IMG/VR virus record: IMGVR_UViG_3300026478_000449
Direction: 5' to 3' (one strand)
Length of the DNA stretch: 64,000 nucleotides
Source of the DNA: a virus
Shown here: positions 1 to 9,966 of the stretch, piece after piece
Numbering within the stretch: position 1 is the stretch's first letter
Layout: every line of letters begins with the position of its first letter
Position numbers and translations under genes: made by a program
Notes under the pieces: model-generated
Databases searched by the model: none
Told to the model about the DNA's origin: nothing
What the model saw: only the letters and a program-made list of their open reading frames with translations

Positions 1-1
1 C

Positions 2-1054
2 CTTACCGGTGTATCTGAAGGATTATTAAATCCCAAAGGACAACAAGCCAATTGGCAACACGCCACACGACTATTCATTGATAATTCTTTTAGATTATCA
101 CCCAAGACTAAATTTTTATACTATGTTAGATTTGATTTAAACAAACATACAATTAGGTCTCCTGGATGGTCAAATGAAAATTCTCAAGAAGTTGGGATGT
201 TGGTAAAGTCTTGCGATTTACCAAAATTTAATTTTGATTCTATTGTTAAAAATCAATATAATAGAAAAAAACTTGTATACAAAGGCATTAACTACGAGCC
301 AATTAATATATCCTTACACGACGACAGTGACGGAGTAGTTAATGCGTTATGGGCAATATACTATGGCTATTATATTGCTGATAGATTGAATCCTAATGCA
401 GCATATTCAGCTACACATCTTCGACCTGCAAACACTAATTTAGATCTATTCCGATACGGTTTAGATAACGATGTATCCGATCCATTTTTTAATTCAGTGA
501 GTATATACACAATGAGTCGACGACGATTCATCGGATATACACTAGTGAATCCAAGAATCAAATCTTGGCAACACGGTGCTATGGACTATTCTGCATCAGA
601 ATTTAATGAAAGTCAAATGACATTAGAATACGAAGCTGTAAAATATTCAGCAGGAACTGTGTCATACAATAATCCTAAAGGTTTTGCAAATCTTCATTAC
701 GATACAACACCAAGTCCTATCTCAGTTGCCGGCGGAGGCGTGGCCACACTAACAGGTGAAGGCGGTGTACTAGACGGACTAGAATCAGTGTTCGGTGCAG
801 TAGGTGACGGAACAGCATTTGATAGTTGGGGTGGATTTATGAGTACTGCTATCAAAGCAGTTAACACATACAAAAATGTTAAACAATTATCTACAGCACA
901 ATTAAAATCTGAAGCAATTAATATTCTAAGTAATCCTGGAAATATTTCATCAGCAGTATCCACAGTTGGAGGTGTTGTTGGCGCAATATTTCCAAAGAGT
1001 GCATCAACAGAAAATACAACTACTGCATCACAAAGAAATCTAACAGGAAATTAA
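2..1054 (+). CDS. hypothetical virion-associated protein, 5-prime end outside window
   Basis: Frame of ORF 197..1054 stays open back to position 2 (65 sense codons, no stop); Gly/Ser/Thr-rich; lies in late/structural block. Confidence 0.45.
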   Translation, partial: LTGVSEGLLNPKGQQANWQHATRLFIDNSFRLSPKTKFLYYVRFDLNKHTIRSPGWSNENSQEVGMLVKSCDLPKFNFDSIVKNQYNRKKLVYKGINYEPINISLHDDSDGVVNALWAIYYGYYIADRLNPNAAYSATHLRPANTNLDLFRYGLDNDVSDPFFNSVSIYTMSRRRFIGYTLVNPRIKSWQHGAMDYSASEFNESQMTLEYEAVKYSAGTVSYNNPKGFANLHYDTTPSPISVAGGGVATLTGEGGVLDGLESVFGAVGDGTAFDSWGGFMSTAIKAVNTYKNVKQLSTAQLKSEAINILSNPGNISSAVSTVGGVVGAIFPKSASTENTTTASQRNLTGN

Positions 1055-1055
1055 T

Positions 1056-1421
1056 ATGGCAACAAATTTACCCAGTCAAGTTGTAGAAGATAGTGCTGCC
1101 GGAACAAAACTATTTTTTGAAAGATATGGCGAAGCTCCGATGGAATTTTCGTCAATGGAAATTGACCTAGCACATTCATTTTTTCAATCTGCGGGATTTT
1201 CAAAAGATGCTGCCGATGTAGTTGCAATGACTTTGTTAAGGCAGGCCAAAATAGATTCGATTCCTGTGGGTCAATTATTAGATACTTTAAAAAATTTTAA
1301 TTATTTAGAATTAAATCAAATAGTAGGTGAAGTTTTAAACAACAATCGAGTACCAACTTCTATACTAGGATTTAGAACAACTGACGTCAAACCTATTCAG
1401 ATAAGAAACATAGCAGCATAA
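1056..1421 (+). CDS. hypothetical protein (121 aa)
   Basis: AGGAAA RBS; TAATATG stop-start overlap with upstream gene. Confidence 0.45.
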   Translation: MATNLPSQVVEDSAAGTKLFFERYGEAPMEFSSMEIDLAHSFFQSAGFSKDAADVVAMTLLRQAKIDSIPVGQLLDTLKNFNYLELNQIVGEVLNNNRVPTSILGFRTTDVKPIQIRNIAA

Positions 1422-1861
1422 TGGCAAAATTTGCACAGGGAAGATTTGAAATGAAAAATCCTGACAAGTATGTTGGGAAAAAAACTCCTTTGGCACGTAG
1501 TAGTTGGGAATTTGTTTTTATGCGAATGCTTGACGAACATCCTGGCGTACAAAATTGGGCCAGTGAAAGTATACAAATACCTTATAGAGATCCCTTAACA
1601 GGAAAAAGCACAATCTATGTCCCAGACTTCTTTATTGTCTATGTTGACAAGAATGGCAGTAAACACGCCGAAGTAGTAGAAGTTAAACCTAGCAATCATA
1701 CTATTTTAGAAAAAGTTGGCAAGAGCTTGTACAACCAAGAACAGTATGTTAAGAATATGGCCAAATGGGAAGCAGCAAATAAATGGTGCAAACAACAGGG
1801 TGTTAGATTTCGAGTAGTTAGTGAAAATGATATTTTTCACCAAGGCGGCAAACGGAAATAA
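1421..1861 (+). CDS. PD-(D/E)XK nuclease-like protein
   Basis: Segment VPDFFIVYVD...EVVEVKP resembles a PD-(D/E)xK catalytic core; start overlaps upstream stop (TAATGG). Confidence 0.35.
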   Translation: MAKFAQGRFEMKNPDKYVGKKTPLARSSWEFVFMRMLDEHPGVQNWASESIQIPYRDPLTGKSTIYVPDFFIVYVDKNGSKHAEVVEVKPSNHTILEKVGKSLYNQEQYVKNMAKWEAANKWCKQQGVRFRVVSENDIFHQGGKRK

Positions 1862-1868
1862 GTAAAGT

Positions 1869-2351
1869 ATGACCAAGAAACTTGAAGAACTCTTTAACTT
1901 AGATTCAGCTGAGGCTGTAAAGGCTGCTGAAGATACTACTCCTGTTCCAACCCACGAGCAGGTTAAAAGTTTAGATGATAGTTATGCTGAAGTAGCTAAA
2001 ATTACCAGCACGTTGCCGCAGATACAAGAATTAGAAAATCTAGACGAAAACGAGCTAGATAACCTAGCTAAAAAAGCAGAGCAGGCCTACGACGATCTTA
2101 TGGATTTAGGTATGAACGTAGAAGTACGTTATGCTAGTCGTATTTTTGAAGTAGCTAGTTCTATGATGGGCAACGCTATTACTGCTAAAACTAACAAAAT
2201 TGAAAAGAAATTAAAAGCTGTTGACCTACAACTTAAAAAATTAAAAATTGATAACGATGCGGGTAACGATCCAAACGATGTTATCAACGGCCAAGGGTAT
2301 GTGATCACAGACCGCAATGAGCTACTGAAAAAATTAGGCGGAAAAGCATAA
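1869..2351 (+). CDS. acidic coiled-coil protein (scaffold or small-terminase candidate)
   Basis: Heptad-like K/E/L-rich sequence, 160 aa, upstream of terminase. Confidence 0.3.
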   Translation: MTKKLEELFNLDSAEAVKAAEDTTPVPTHEQVKSLDDSYAEVAKITSTLPQIQELENLDENELDNLAKKAEQAYDDLMDLGMNVEVRYASRIFEVASSMMGNAITAKTNKIEKKLKAVDLQLKKLKIDNDAGNDPNDVINGQGYVITDRNELLKKLGGKA

Positions 2352-2359
2352 ATACTACT

Positions 2360-2908
2360 ATGAAAACTTTTAAAGAATATCTTGCCGAAAGCAAAAAGAG
2401 CTACCCTTTTAGATTAAAGGTAGCAGGCGAATTGCCTGAAAATTTTGTTAAAGAACTCAAAGATTGCATCGGAAAAGCAAATCCAGCAATCATTGAAAAA
2501 TCTAAAACACCTATTCAAGCAACTCCACTAGATTTTCCGGAACTAAGCAATGTTGAAGTTCACACATTTGAAGTAGTATGCGAATATCCAATTACTGCTC
2601 CTGAGCTTGCAGAACACGTAAAATACTTTGTTCCAGAATCTAATTTTAGAGTCAGAAACGGTGGTGATGCAGGCGAAGTAGAACACAATACAGCGGATAT
2701 GGAACCAAGTGGTGAATCAGTATTAGCAGAGCCTTACAACGATAAGGTAAAGCACAAAGACTACTTCGGCGATGATTTTAATAAAAGTTTCTTGAAAGAT
2801 TTAGCAAAGGCCGCCAAGGAACGCAAAAAAGACGGTGTGCAGACAGAATACAAGCTGCCTAAGGCCAAACAAGACAAAGCAGGCGTTAAGAGCGCCTTAG
2901 GGAGTTAA
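2360..2908 (+). CDS. hypothetical protein (182 aa)
   Basis: Compact ORF in co-directional late block. Confidence 0.4.
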   Translation: MKTFKEYLAESKKSYPFRLKVAGELPENFVKELKDCIGKANPAIIEKSKTPIQATPLDFPELSNVEVHTFEVVCEYPITAPELAEHVKYFVPESNFRVRNGGDAGEVEHNTADMEPSGESVLAEPYNDKVKHKDYFGDDFNKSFLKDLAKAAKERKKDGVQTEYKLPKAKQDKAGVKSALGS

Positions 2909-2909
2909 T

Positions 2910-3557
2910 ATGAATTTTAATGATTTAATGGCAAGAATGAGAGAGCTTGATCAACCAGCAGTTGAGGCAGCTCCAGTTGTAACAGACGAGTGTGGAGAAA
3001 TGCCTCCTAGCCCAATGGGCAATATGGGTAAACCAGATGCTCCTCCTCCAAGTATGAGCGTTAACTTAAATGCACAAGGTTTAGATAATATTGAAGAACT
3101 ATTATCTTTAATCAAGGCAGTTAACCCAGGTATGGATAAGCCTGCTGCTCCAATGGGCGGTATGCCACACATTGAAATTGAACCAATGGACAAGCCAGAA
3201 GGCGGTATGCCTAAGCTAGGCGGTCTAGGCGATCTAGACAAAGGCCCATTGAAAATGCTTCCTGATATGGATGCTGACAACGATGAAAAAGTAGGCGGCG
3301 AAGAAGGTCCTGAAGAAAAAGGCGAAGAAGATAAAGAAGACGAAGCATTTGGAAATTCAGTTCCAGGTTCTGAGCCAGAAGTTAAAGATGTTAGCGCAGC
3401 TATTCCGGACGGTAATGATTTAAACAAACCTAAACAAATGGTTAAACACAGCTATCGTCAAGGCGACAATCCAATGGCCATGGAAGGCGAAGAATTACGT
3501 GCTTCTATTAGAGCAGAATTACTGCGTAGATTAGAAGAAGCTAAAGGAGCGAAATAA
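2910..3557 (+). CDS. low-complexity Pro/Gly/Met/Asp-rich acidic protein
   Basis: Repeated GGMP / MDKP motifs, Glu/Asp-rich centre; TAATATG overlap with upstream gene. Confidence 0.4.
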   Translation: MNFNDLMARMRELDQPAVEAAPVVTDECGEMPPSPMGNMGKPDAPPPSMSVNLNAQGLDNIEELLSLIKAVNPGMDKPAAPMGGMPHIEIEPMDKPEGGMPKLGGLGDLDKGPLKMLPDMDADNDEKVGGEEGPEEKGEEDKEDEAFGNSVPGSEPEVKDVSAAIPDGNDLNKPKQMVKHSYRQGDNPMAMEGEELRASIRAELLRRLEEAKGAK

Positions 3558-4006
3558 TGGCAGATTTATACGGCGACGCATTAGGTGGCGGTTTAACAGG
3601 TAACGTCGACAGTAATGCAAGAAAATTATTAGGTGACGGCGCATCAGGCGTTGGACCATATACTAGTTTTGGTACTCCAAAATTACAAGCAATTAAAGTT
3701 GTTTCTGCAACAATTGACTTTACAACAACTCCCGCAGCAGCTAACAGTAATTTAGCTAAAGCAGTTTTTGCCCTACAGTCTTTATCTGAAATTTATTATG
3801 TTGGTAAACCAACAGCATCTGGTGCTAACCAATTTGTTGCATTAGTTAATATTAACAAAACAGATGCAGGAAATGGATATGCAGCATCGGGAAGCGCAGA
3901 CGGTTCTTACGAAAACCTAGAAGATGTCATCGGTGCAGCGTTAGGTGTTGCCGAAAACGACATCACAATTACAGACGTAGCGTTAACTGGTTTAACATTC
4001 GCTTAA
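3557..4006 (+). CDS. Gly/Ala-rich small structural-type protein
   Basis: ATAATGG start overlap; followed by strong intrinsic terminator, suggesting high expression. Confidence 0.45.
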   Translation: MADLYGDALGGGLTGNVDSNARKLLGDGASGVGPYTSFGTPKLQAIKVVSATIDFTTTPAAANSNLAKAVFALQSLSEIYYVGKPTASGANQFVALVNINKTDAGNGYAASGSADGSYENLEDVIGAALGVAENDITITDVALTGLTFA

Positions 4007-4022
4007 TTGTATAAACACTCAA

Positions 4023-4049
4023 ATAGGGCCTCCGGGCCCTATTTTTTTC
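4023..4049 (+). terminator. rho-independent terminator
   Basis: ATAGGGCC-TCCG-GGCCCTAT hairpin followed by T7 tract. Confidence 0.8.
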
Positions 4050-4062
4050 ATTAAATAATAGT

Positions 4063-5649
4063 ATGGCAAAATCATTAGACGGTAATTTAGTTAAGAAAGC
4101 TCACGCTCAAACCAGGTATACACTTGAGGAAGTAGAACATCTTGAAAAGTGTATGGATCCTGTAAACGGGCCGTTGTACTTTGCTAGAAACTTTATTAAA
4201 ATTCAACACCCGGTTAGAGGTAGCATACCTTTTGAACCTTATGAATATCAGGTTAGACTAATACAGGCCTATCACGAAAACAAGCAATGTATTGCAATGT
4301 TACCGCGTCAGATGGGTAAAACAACCTGTGCAGTTGCTTACCTGCTGTGGTACACAATGTTTGTTCCAGACTGCCAAGTTCTTATTGCCGCACACAAATA
4401 TGAAGGTGCTAAAGACATTATGGATCGTTACCGTTTTGGTTACGAAAACTTACCTGACTTTATTCGTGCTGGTGTTTATTCATACAATAGAAACACAATC
4501 GAATACGATAACGGAGCACGTATTCAAGCTACCACAACAACAGAAAACACCGGTCGTGGTAAGTCTTTATCATTAATATACTGTGACGAGTTTGCATTTG
4601 TTCAACCACCTGAAAAGGCCAAAGAGTTTTGGACTGCCCTATCTCCTACATTGGCTACAGGTGGTAAAGCACTGATTACATCAACACCAAACTCGGACGA
4701 AGATCAGTTTGCTCTTATCTGGACTGAAGCTAATAAACGTTTTGACGAGTACGGCAACGAGACAAAATTAGGACCTAACGGATTCTTTCCATTCTTTGCT
4801 CACTGGCGTGAAAACCCGTTACGCGACGATGCCTGGGCCTCTGTCGAACGTGCTAAAATTGGTGAAGAACGTTTCCGCCGAGAGTTTGAATGTGAGTTCT
4901 TGATCTTCGACGAAACACTAATCAATTCAGTTAAACTTGCAGCATTAGAGGGAATTGATCCAACTATGACCATGGGTCAAACACGTTGGTATAAAGATAT
5001 AGATTCTAGATGCACATATCTTGTTGCTCTAGATCCTAGTCTAGGTACAGGCGGTGACTACGGTGCTATACAGGTTTTTGAAATGCCCTCAATGACTCAG
5101 GTAGCGGAATGGCATCATAATACTACTCCAGTACAGCAACAGGTCAAACATATGCGTGAAATATTGAAATACATTCAATCACGCGGAGAAGAAAAAGGCG
5201 GTGTTCCGCAAATTTATTATTCTGTTGAAAATAATTCTCTAGGTGAAGCCGCTCTTATTGTTATTAACGACATAGGAGAAGAAAACTTTCCTGGTTTATT
5301 CTTAAGTGAGCCTATACGTAAAGGACACGTTCGTAAATTCCGTAAAGGATTTAATACTACACATCGCAGTAAAGTTACTGCTTGTTCTCAGTTTAAAAAT
5401 TTACTAGAAACTAATAAGATGACAATTACATCTAAACCGCTGATTTCTGAGTTAAAAACGTATGTTGCCAGCGGACTTGGTTTTAAGGCCAAAACAGGAG
5501 AACACGACGACCTAGTGAGCTCTACGTTACTGATCATACGTATGGCAGACGTACTAGCAGATTGGGATCCTACAGTTTACGAAAAAATGACTGAAAAAAT
5601 TACAGAGGAATCTATGCCGCTGCCTATCTTTGTAAGCAGCGGGTTTTGA
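4063..5649 (+). CDS. 17: terminase large subunit (T4 gp17-like)
   Basis: Aligns by eye with T4 gp17: YEYQ...LPRQMGKTT Walker A (T4 LSRQLGKTT), LIAAHK, YCDEFAF (T4 YIDECAF), EHDDLVSS (T4 YHDDLVMS). Confidence 0.85.
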   Translation: MAKSLDGNLVKKAHAQTRYTLEEVEHLEKCMDPVNGPLYFARNFIKIQHPVRGSIPFEPYEYQVRLIQAYHENKQCIAMLPRQMGKTTCAVAYLLWYTMFVPDCQVLIAAHKYEGAKDIMDRYRFGYENLPDFIRAGVYSYNRNTIEYDNGARIQATTTTENTGRGKSLSLIYCDEFAFVQPPEKAKEFWTALSPTLATGGKALITSTPNSDEDQFALIWTEANKRFDEYGNETKLGPNGFFPFFAHWRENPLRDDAWASVERAKIGEERFRREFECEFLIFDETLINSVKLAALEGIDPTMTMGQTRWYKDIDSRCTYLVALDPSLGTGGDYGAIQVFEMPSMTQVAEWHHNTTPVQQQVKHMREILKYIQSRGEEKGGVPQIYYSVENNSLGEAALIVINDIGEENFPGLFLSEPIRKGHVRKFRKGFNTTHRSKVTACSQFKNLLETNKMTITSKPLISELKTYVASGLGFKAKTGEHDDLVSSTLLIIRMADVLADWDPTVYEKMTEKITEESMPLPIFVSSGF

Positions 5650-5660
5650 TAAATATAACT

Positions 5661-7415
5661 ATGGACGCAAGAAACAATATCGCTACAGATTTATTCTATA
5701 AAATTAGAAGCCGTTTTAAGAACCTAAAATTAGGTGCTGAAACAGGCCAAATTACCATCAATCCTGAAGAAGCTAGATTCTTTGATTTTGATTATATGGA
5801 AGGTCAAACACCGATGGGTCACGTTAGTGTTAGCCTAGCAGAACCAAATTCTATGAAGGTATACTTCAGTCACGGAATTGCCGAAGGTATGGATGATCAT
5901 CAGAAAGGTAATTGGTATAAGTTTTTGCGAGAATTACGTGAATTTGCTAAACGCAGACTATTAGCATTTGACACAAGAGATATTGCTAAGGATAATTTAG
6001 ATCGTAGAGATTATGAATTTTTAGCTGCAAATGCGCAACCTAAGCAAACACAACCAAACACAATACAGAAACCAGTCGGAGAAAGCATTATGGCAGAAAG
6101 CTCAATGTACGGTAGCAGATTAATGAGTTACCAGAATTTAATGGATACTAAATTGATTATCAAACATAGTCAAGCAGTAATGGATGATCAACAACCTGGC
6201 GCACGAACAAGACACATTGCAGCACTTTTTGTAGAAAATCAAGACGGTGAAAGATTTAAATATCCTTTCATCCACCTAGCTGGTGCTCGTGCTATGCAAC
6301 GCCACGTGGCCAACGGTGGTGTACCCTATGACGACATTGGTAAAAGTATTATTCAAATGAGTGAAGAAATTGCTCAATTAAAGAGCTTTGGTGGTTATGT
6401 TGTTCGTAACGATCTAATGAATTCAGAAACAAATTCAGTGGTTGAACGTTCTACACAATACCTAAATAGCCTACGCGAGCAAATTAAGGCCCTAGCAAAA
6501 CAAAGTCACTACGAAGCATATAGAGAAAATTTCCAGGCATATGACAGCGAAGAAGTACCGCAGGATGTAGTTGAAGATTTCAAAGAAAAATTTACAGTAC
6601 GATCATTTAAAGAAGACATTGCATCAGTATTTCCGGTCTTATATAGACTAATGAAAGAAGGAAACACTATAGGCTACGACGACATAGTCGCTTTAACACA
6701 AGAAGATATGCAAGAAGACATCGAAGTTGAGCAGACACAAGATGATCCATTTGCCAAGTTTGAAAACTGGGTAATGGGTCTTGGAGAAGAGTCTGCTATA
6801 ACTTCTGAAGATCCAGAAGAACAACAATCAGCCTTACAAAAATTACAAGAATTAGTTGGACAAGAATTTCCTGCAGGTACAGATGGCACAAACGCAATTG
6901 AAAGTTTAAAAGGCCTAATTGAAGATCCAGAATTATACAAACGAATTAAGGCAACAGCGGCGGAAGATGCAAATGCAGACGTCCGCCCTCAAATCCAAGG
7001 TTGGTTAGAATTAAATGCACCAGAGGCACTAGAGTCATTAGACTTTGGCGATATGGGAGCAGCCGCAGCTGAAGAACCAGCAGCAGCAGAAGTTCCTGCA
7101 GAAGAACCGGCAGAAGTTCCAGCAGCAGCACCTGCAGAAGAACCACAAATGGCCAGCGATGATCCAGAAGAAAGACACGAGGGCAAGATGGGCGTTAAAG
7201 AATTAGCTGAATTCATTCATTCATTTTACGACCAAGAATCAGGTACATTCCCCAAAGGCCCAGAAGGTGTTTGCACAATGGTAGGCAAGAAGTTTGGTGA
7301 GCAGGCAGAGCAGGTTGCTCGCAAATTTGTTGAAAGAATGGCTCCTGAGCAGACTACAGAACAAAATCCTGAATTGGCTGAACTAGCAAGAGTCAGAGAA
7401 CTAGCAGGCCTGTAA
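5661..7415 (+). CDS. large virion protein with acidic Ala/Pro/Glu repeat tail (portal candidate by position only)
   Basis: 585 aa ORF immediately after the large terminase; C-terminal EEPAAAEVPAEEPAEVPAAAPAEEP repeats; no portal motif recognised; alternative start at 5646. Confidence 0.3.
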   Translation: MDARNNIATDLFYKIRSRFKNLKLGAETGQITINPEEARFFDFDYMEGQTPMGHVSVSLAEPNSMKVYFSHGIAEGMDDHQKGNWYKFLRELREFAKRRLLAFDTRDIAKDNLDRRDYEFLAANAQPKQTQPNTIQKPVGESIMAESSMYGSRLMSYQNLMDTKLIIKHSQAVMDDQQPGARTRHIAALFVENQDGERFKYPFIHLAGARAMQRHVANGGVPYDDIGKSIIQMSEEIAQLKSFGGYVVRNDLMNSETNSVVERSTQYLNSLREQIKALAKQSHYEAYRENFQAYDSEEVPQDVVEDFKEKFTVRSFKEDIASVFPVLYRLMKEGNTIGYDDIVALTQEDMQEDIEVEQTQDDPFAKFENWVMGLGEESAITSEDPEEQQSALQKLQELVGQEFPAGTDGTNAIESLKGLIEDPELYKRIKATAAEDANADVRPQIQGWLELNAPEALESLDFGDMGAAAAEEPAAAEVPAEEPAEVPAAAPAEEPQMASDDPEERHEGKMGVKELAEFIHSFYDQESGTFPKGPEGVCTMVGKKFGEQAEQVARKFVERMAPEQTTEQNPELAELARVRELAGL

Positions 7416-7429
7416 TAGAAGGATAATCA

Positions 7430-8845
7430 ATGAACGGTATTTTAGGAACTTGGACCTTACTTCCAAATATTAATCAGGCAATTTACACAAATGCCTACGA
7501 TACTCCTAGTGTCGTTATTATCAATTTGTGTAATAGAGGAAGCACCATAGCCAACGTAAGAGTTGCTATTAGCACAAGTGCAACCTCACCAGCCGCCGGT
7601 GAATTTATTGTTTATGACCAACCAATAGATCCAAAAACTACTTTAGAAAAACAAAGTATAATGGTATCACCTGGCAAAAGCGTGGTCGTTAGATCGTCAT
7701 CTAGTGATGTAAATGCTGTTATCTATGGAGTTACAAATAGAACCACTGCACCCCCAGGGATAGCAACAAACTACGGAACTGCACCTATGTGGGTAACGAA
7801 CCCTACATTGCCTACATTTTATGCAGCGGATTCTTCTACGTCTATTCAATTAAGTGCTACTGACAGCGAAGGAGAAGCAGTTACTTATGCAGTGACTTCT
7901 GGATCTTTGCCAACAGGAACTAGTTTATCGTCATCTGGATTAATCACAGGCACACCAACGGCCACAGGATATTCTTTTGGATTACCAGATACAAATAGTA
8001 CTGTTCAGATAACTGCAACTGATTCTAGAAGCAACGGAACTCCTCAAACTTTTAATATTGTTAAACGTTGGGCAGACGGTTCATCACAGGCGCTGGCAGC
8101 AACCAACGCACAAACAATTTATAATCTTAGTGCTACTTATCAAGGTGCTGGTGCATCTAATTGGTACTGGATTAAAGGCAACACCACAGATACTAGCCAG
8201 GCAAGAAGAATGTACTGTAGTATGAACGGTGCAGGCTATATGCTTTGGTATCATTACAGAGATCCTATGAGTGGTAGCTTAACCATTTCAGATCCAGGCA
8301 ACTCTGGTACAACCTATACATTAACCAGCACAACAGCTATGTTTATGTATGCATTACCGGCTGCGATTGTTAATAACGTAACGTACCTATATTTAAATTC
8401 AGATAATGATGCTAGCTATACAACTCCAGCATTTGCTAATTTTAAATATGCAGTTGGATTAAATTCTGAATTACGAGCATGGTTAAGAGCAACCAAAGAT
8501 CGAGGTAATTATTGGGGAGTTGATCTCAACCTTGTAAACAATATACGTACTCAAAATGATGTAAACTATCCAAACTATAGATTCGGTACACTAATTGGCG
8601 AAATGCAGTACGGACACAATAACGGTGGCTCAGACGAAGTAGACGGATACACATTTAGAAATAGTTATAATACCGGAGGATTTAAGTGGACATCTTCTAG
8701 CGATATTTGGAACTACGCTGGATGGGGACCAATCGATGCTTCAAGCCCAACTAGCGTAAACACAGGTTGGGGTTCTACAGGTCTTGACGAAGGTACATGG
8801 GGCGGTACTAACCGACAATATCACTTATATGCCTGGATAAAATAA
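7430..8845 (+). CDS. tail fibre/adhesin-like protein with Ig-like Ser/Thr-rich repeats
   Basis: Repeated ...SATDSEGEAVTYAVTSGSLPTG... / ...VQITATDS... segments, Trp/Tyr/Asn/Gly-rich C-terminus; strong terminator downstream. Confidence 0.4.
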   Translation: MNGILGTWTLLPNINQAIYTNAYDTPSVVIINLCNRGSTIANVRVAISTSATSPAAGEFIVYDQPIDPKTTLEKQSIMVSPGKSVVVRSSSSDVNAVIYGVTNRTTAPPGIATNYGTAPMWVTNPTLPTFYAADSSTSIQLSATDSEGEAVTYAVTSGSLPTGTSLSSSGLITGTPTATGYSFGLPDTNSTVQITATDSRSNGTPQTFNIVKRWADGSSQALAATNAQTIYNLSATYQGAGASNWYWIKGNTTDTSQARRMYCSMNGAGYMLWYHYRDPMSGSLTISDPGNSGTTYTLTSTTAMFMYALPAAIVNNVTYLYLNSDNDASYTTPAFANFKYAVGLNSELRAWLRATKDRGNYWGVDLNLVNNIRTQNDVNYPNYRFGTLIGEMQYGHNNGGSDEVDGYTFRNSYNTGGFKWTSSSDIWNYAGWGPIDASSPTSVNTGWGSTGLDEGTWGGTNRQYHLYAWIK

Positions 8846-8850
8846 TAATT

Positions 8851-8881
8851 CAAAAAAGGCTCTTAGGAGCCTTTTTTTTTG
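8851..8881 (+). terminator. rho-independent terminator
   Basis: AAGGCTC-TTAG-GAGCCTT hairpin then T10. Confidence 0.8.
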
Positions 8882-8975
8882 GATAAAATATTTGTCAACT
8901 TTTTTGTATGCTAGAACGTTAATATAATACACAGGGAAGGTTTTTCTGTGTTTAACCTAAAAAAAGGAAATTACT

Positions 8976-9149
8976 ATGAAACTAGTAGCAACTTTAGTAG
9001 CATCATTATTTGCAGTATCCGCTTTCGCTGCTGATGCACCTAAGAAAGAAGAAAAGAAAGCAGAAGCCAAACCAGCTGCATCTGCGCCAGCACCTGCTGC
9101 TAAGGAAGCTCCAAAAGCTCCTGCTAAGAAAGAAGAAGCTAAGAAGTAA
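8976..9149 (+). CDS. small secreted Lys/Ala/Pro-rich protein (57 aa)
   Basis: Not in ORF track (<60 aa). AAGGAAA RBS 6 nt upstream; signal-peptide-like MKLVATLVASLFAVSAFAA then AP/K/E-rich tail. Confidence 0.45.
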   Translation: MKLVATLVASLFAVSAFAADAPKKEEKKAEAKPAASAPAPAAKEAPKAPAKKEEAKK

Positions 9150-9214
9150 TTTTAATTGCCCCTTGTCAACGAAAGTTGGCACTGGGGCGTTATTATAATA
9201 TCAAGGAGGGTTTT

Positions 9215-9511
9215 ATGAAAAAACTCTTAATTGCAGGTTTAATTGGTTTATCTGCTTTTGGTGCGCAAGCAGGTCCATACCACGGACATCATGGTGGACA
9301 CCATATGCATCATAGGGGTAGTTGGAATTGGGTAGTTCCAGCTGTTGTTGGAGGTGCTGTAGTATATGCCGCAACTCGCCCTGTAGTTGTTCAACAACCG
9401 CCAACGGTTATTCAACAACCGCCCGTTTATACGCAACAACAAGTATGTGGTCCTTGGACTGAAATACGCAATCCAGACGGTAGCGTGACAATTACAAGGA
9501 CTTGTCAATAA
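9215..9511 (+). CDS. secreted His-rich protein
   Basis: AGGAGGG RBS; signal peptide MKKLLIAGLIGLSAFGAQA; HGHHGGHHMHH cluster; QQPP repeats; two Cys. Confidence 0.5.
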   Translation: MKKLLIAGLIGLSAFGAQAGPYHGHHGGHHMHHRGSWNWVVPAVVGGAVVYAATRPVVVQQPPTVIQQPPVYTQQQVCGPWTEIRNPDGSVTITRTCQ

Positions 9512-9529
9512 TGTTAATGAGGACTAGAA

Positions 9530-9928
9530 ATGAAAAGGTTAGCAGTGATTCTTACTGCGATGATTACAATTGGGATAAGCCAAGTAAGTATGGCTCAGAA
9601 AAACCTCTTTGGGAATCATACCATTACAGAATCGTCAGCGAAGACTGCGACCAAAAAAGGACCAGTCCTTGTAAAATCCCTAAGATTACCCAAGAATAAA
9701 ATTTTTACAGGTAATCCTCATAAAATTACTTTATTTGCAGACGATAAAGAATATGATATTATAGAAGTTGACGATATTATTACATCTTATCGTCGACGCG
9801 ATCTTCAAAGAATTCAAACAGACCCAACACCAGATGATCCGGACGGGTTAATTACTGAAGAAATACGGTGGAAACTATTTTTAGCAAGAACAGCGGCTAT
9901 GATTCGTTATCACCAAATCCACTCATAG
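9530..9928 (+). CDS. secreted hypothetical protein
   Basis: Signal peptide MKRLAVILTAMITIGISQVSMA; terminator follows. Confidence 0.45.
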   Translation: MKRLAVILTAMITIGISQVSMAQKNLFGNHTITESSAKTATKKGPVLVKSLRLPKNKIFTGNPHKITLFADDKEYDIIEVDDIITSYRRRDLQRIQTDPTPDDPDGLITEEIRWKLFLARTAAMIRYHQIHS

Positions 9929-9942
9929 AGTGGATTTTTTTT
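9916..9942 (+). terminator. rho-independent terminator
   Basis: AATCCACTC-ATA-GAGTGGATT 9-bp stem then T8. Confidence 0.75.
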
Positions 9943-9966
9943 GGTGAAATAAAATCTTAAAAACCC

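Noticed and set aside
2349-5657. T4-type late promoter candidates: CATAAATA at about 2349 and GATAAATA at about 5650, both near start codons
   Set aside because: There are only two imperfect matches to TATAAATA, and positions relative to the start codons are not consistently suitable. Not enough evidence without a genome-wide scan.
4292-7216. Nested ORFs inside the terminase and downstream gene (4292..4576, 6674..6940-, 6946..7146-, 6989..7216-)
   Set aside because: They lie within strongly supported coding regions. The antisense ones coincide with the GAA/GCA repeat tail and are low-complexity artefacts.
9010-9699. Track ORFs 9010..9198, 9213..9404(-), 9248..9508(-) and 9502..9699
   Set aside because: They overlap, in other frames or strands, better-supported genes with RBS and signal peptides (8976..9149, 9215..9511, 9530..9928). 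They are probably frame artefacts.
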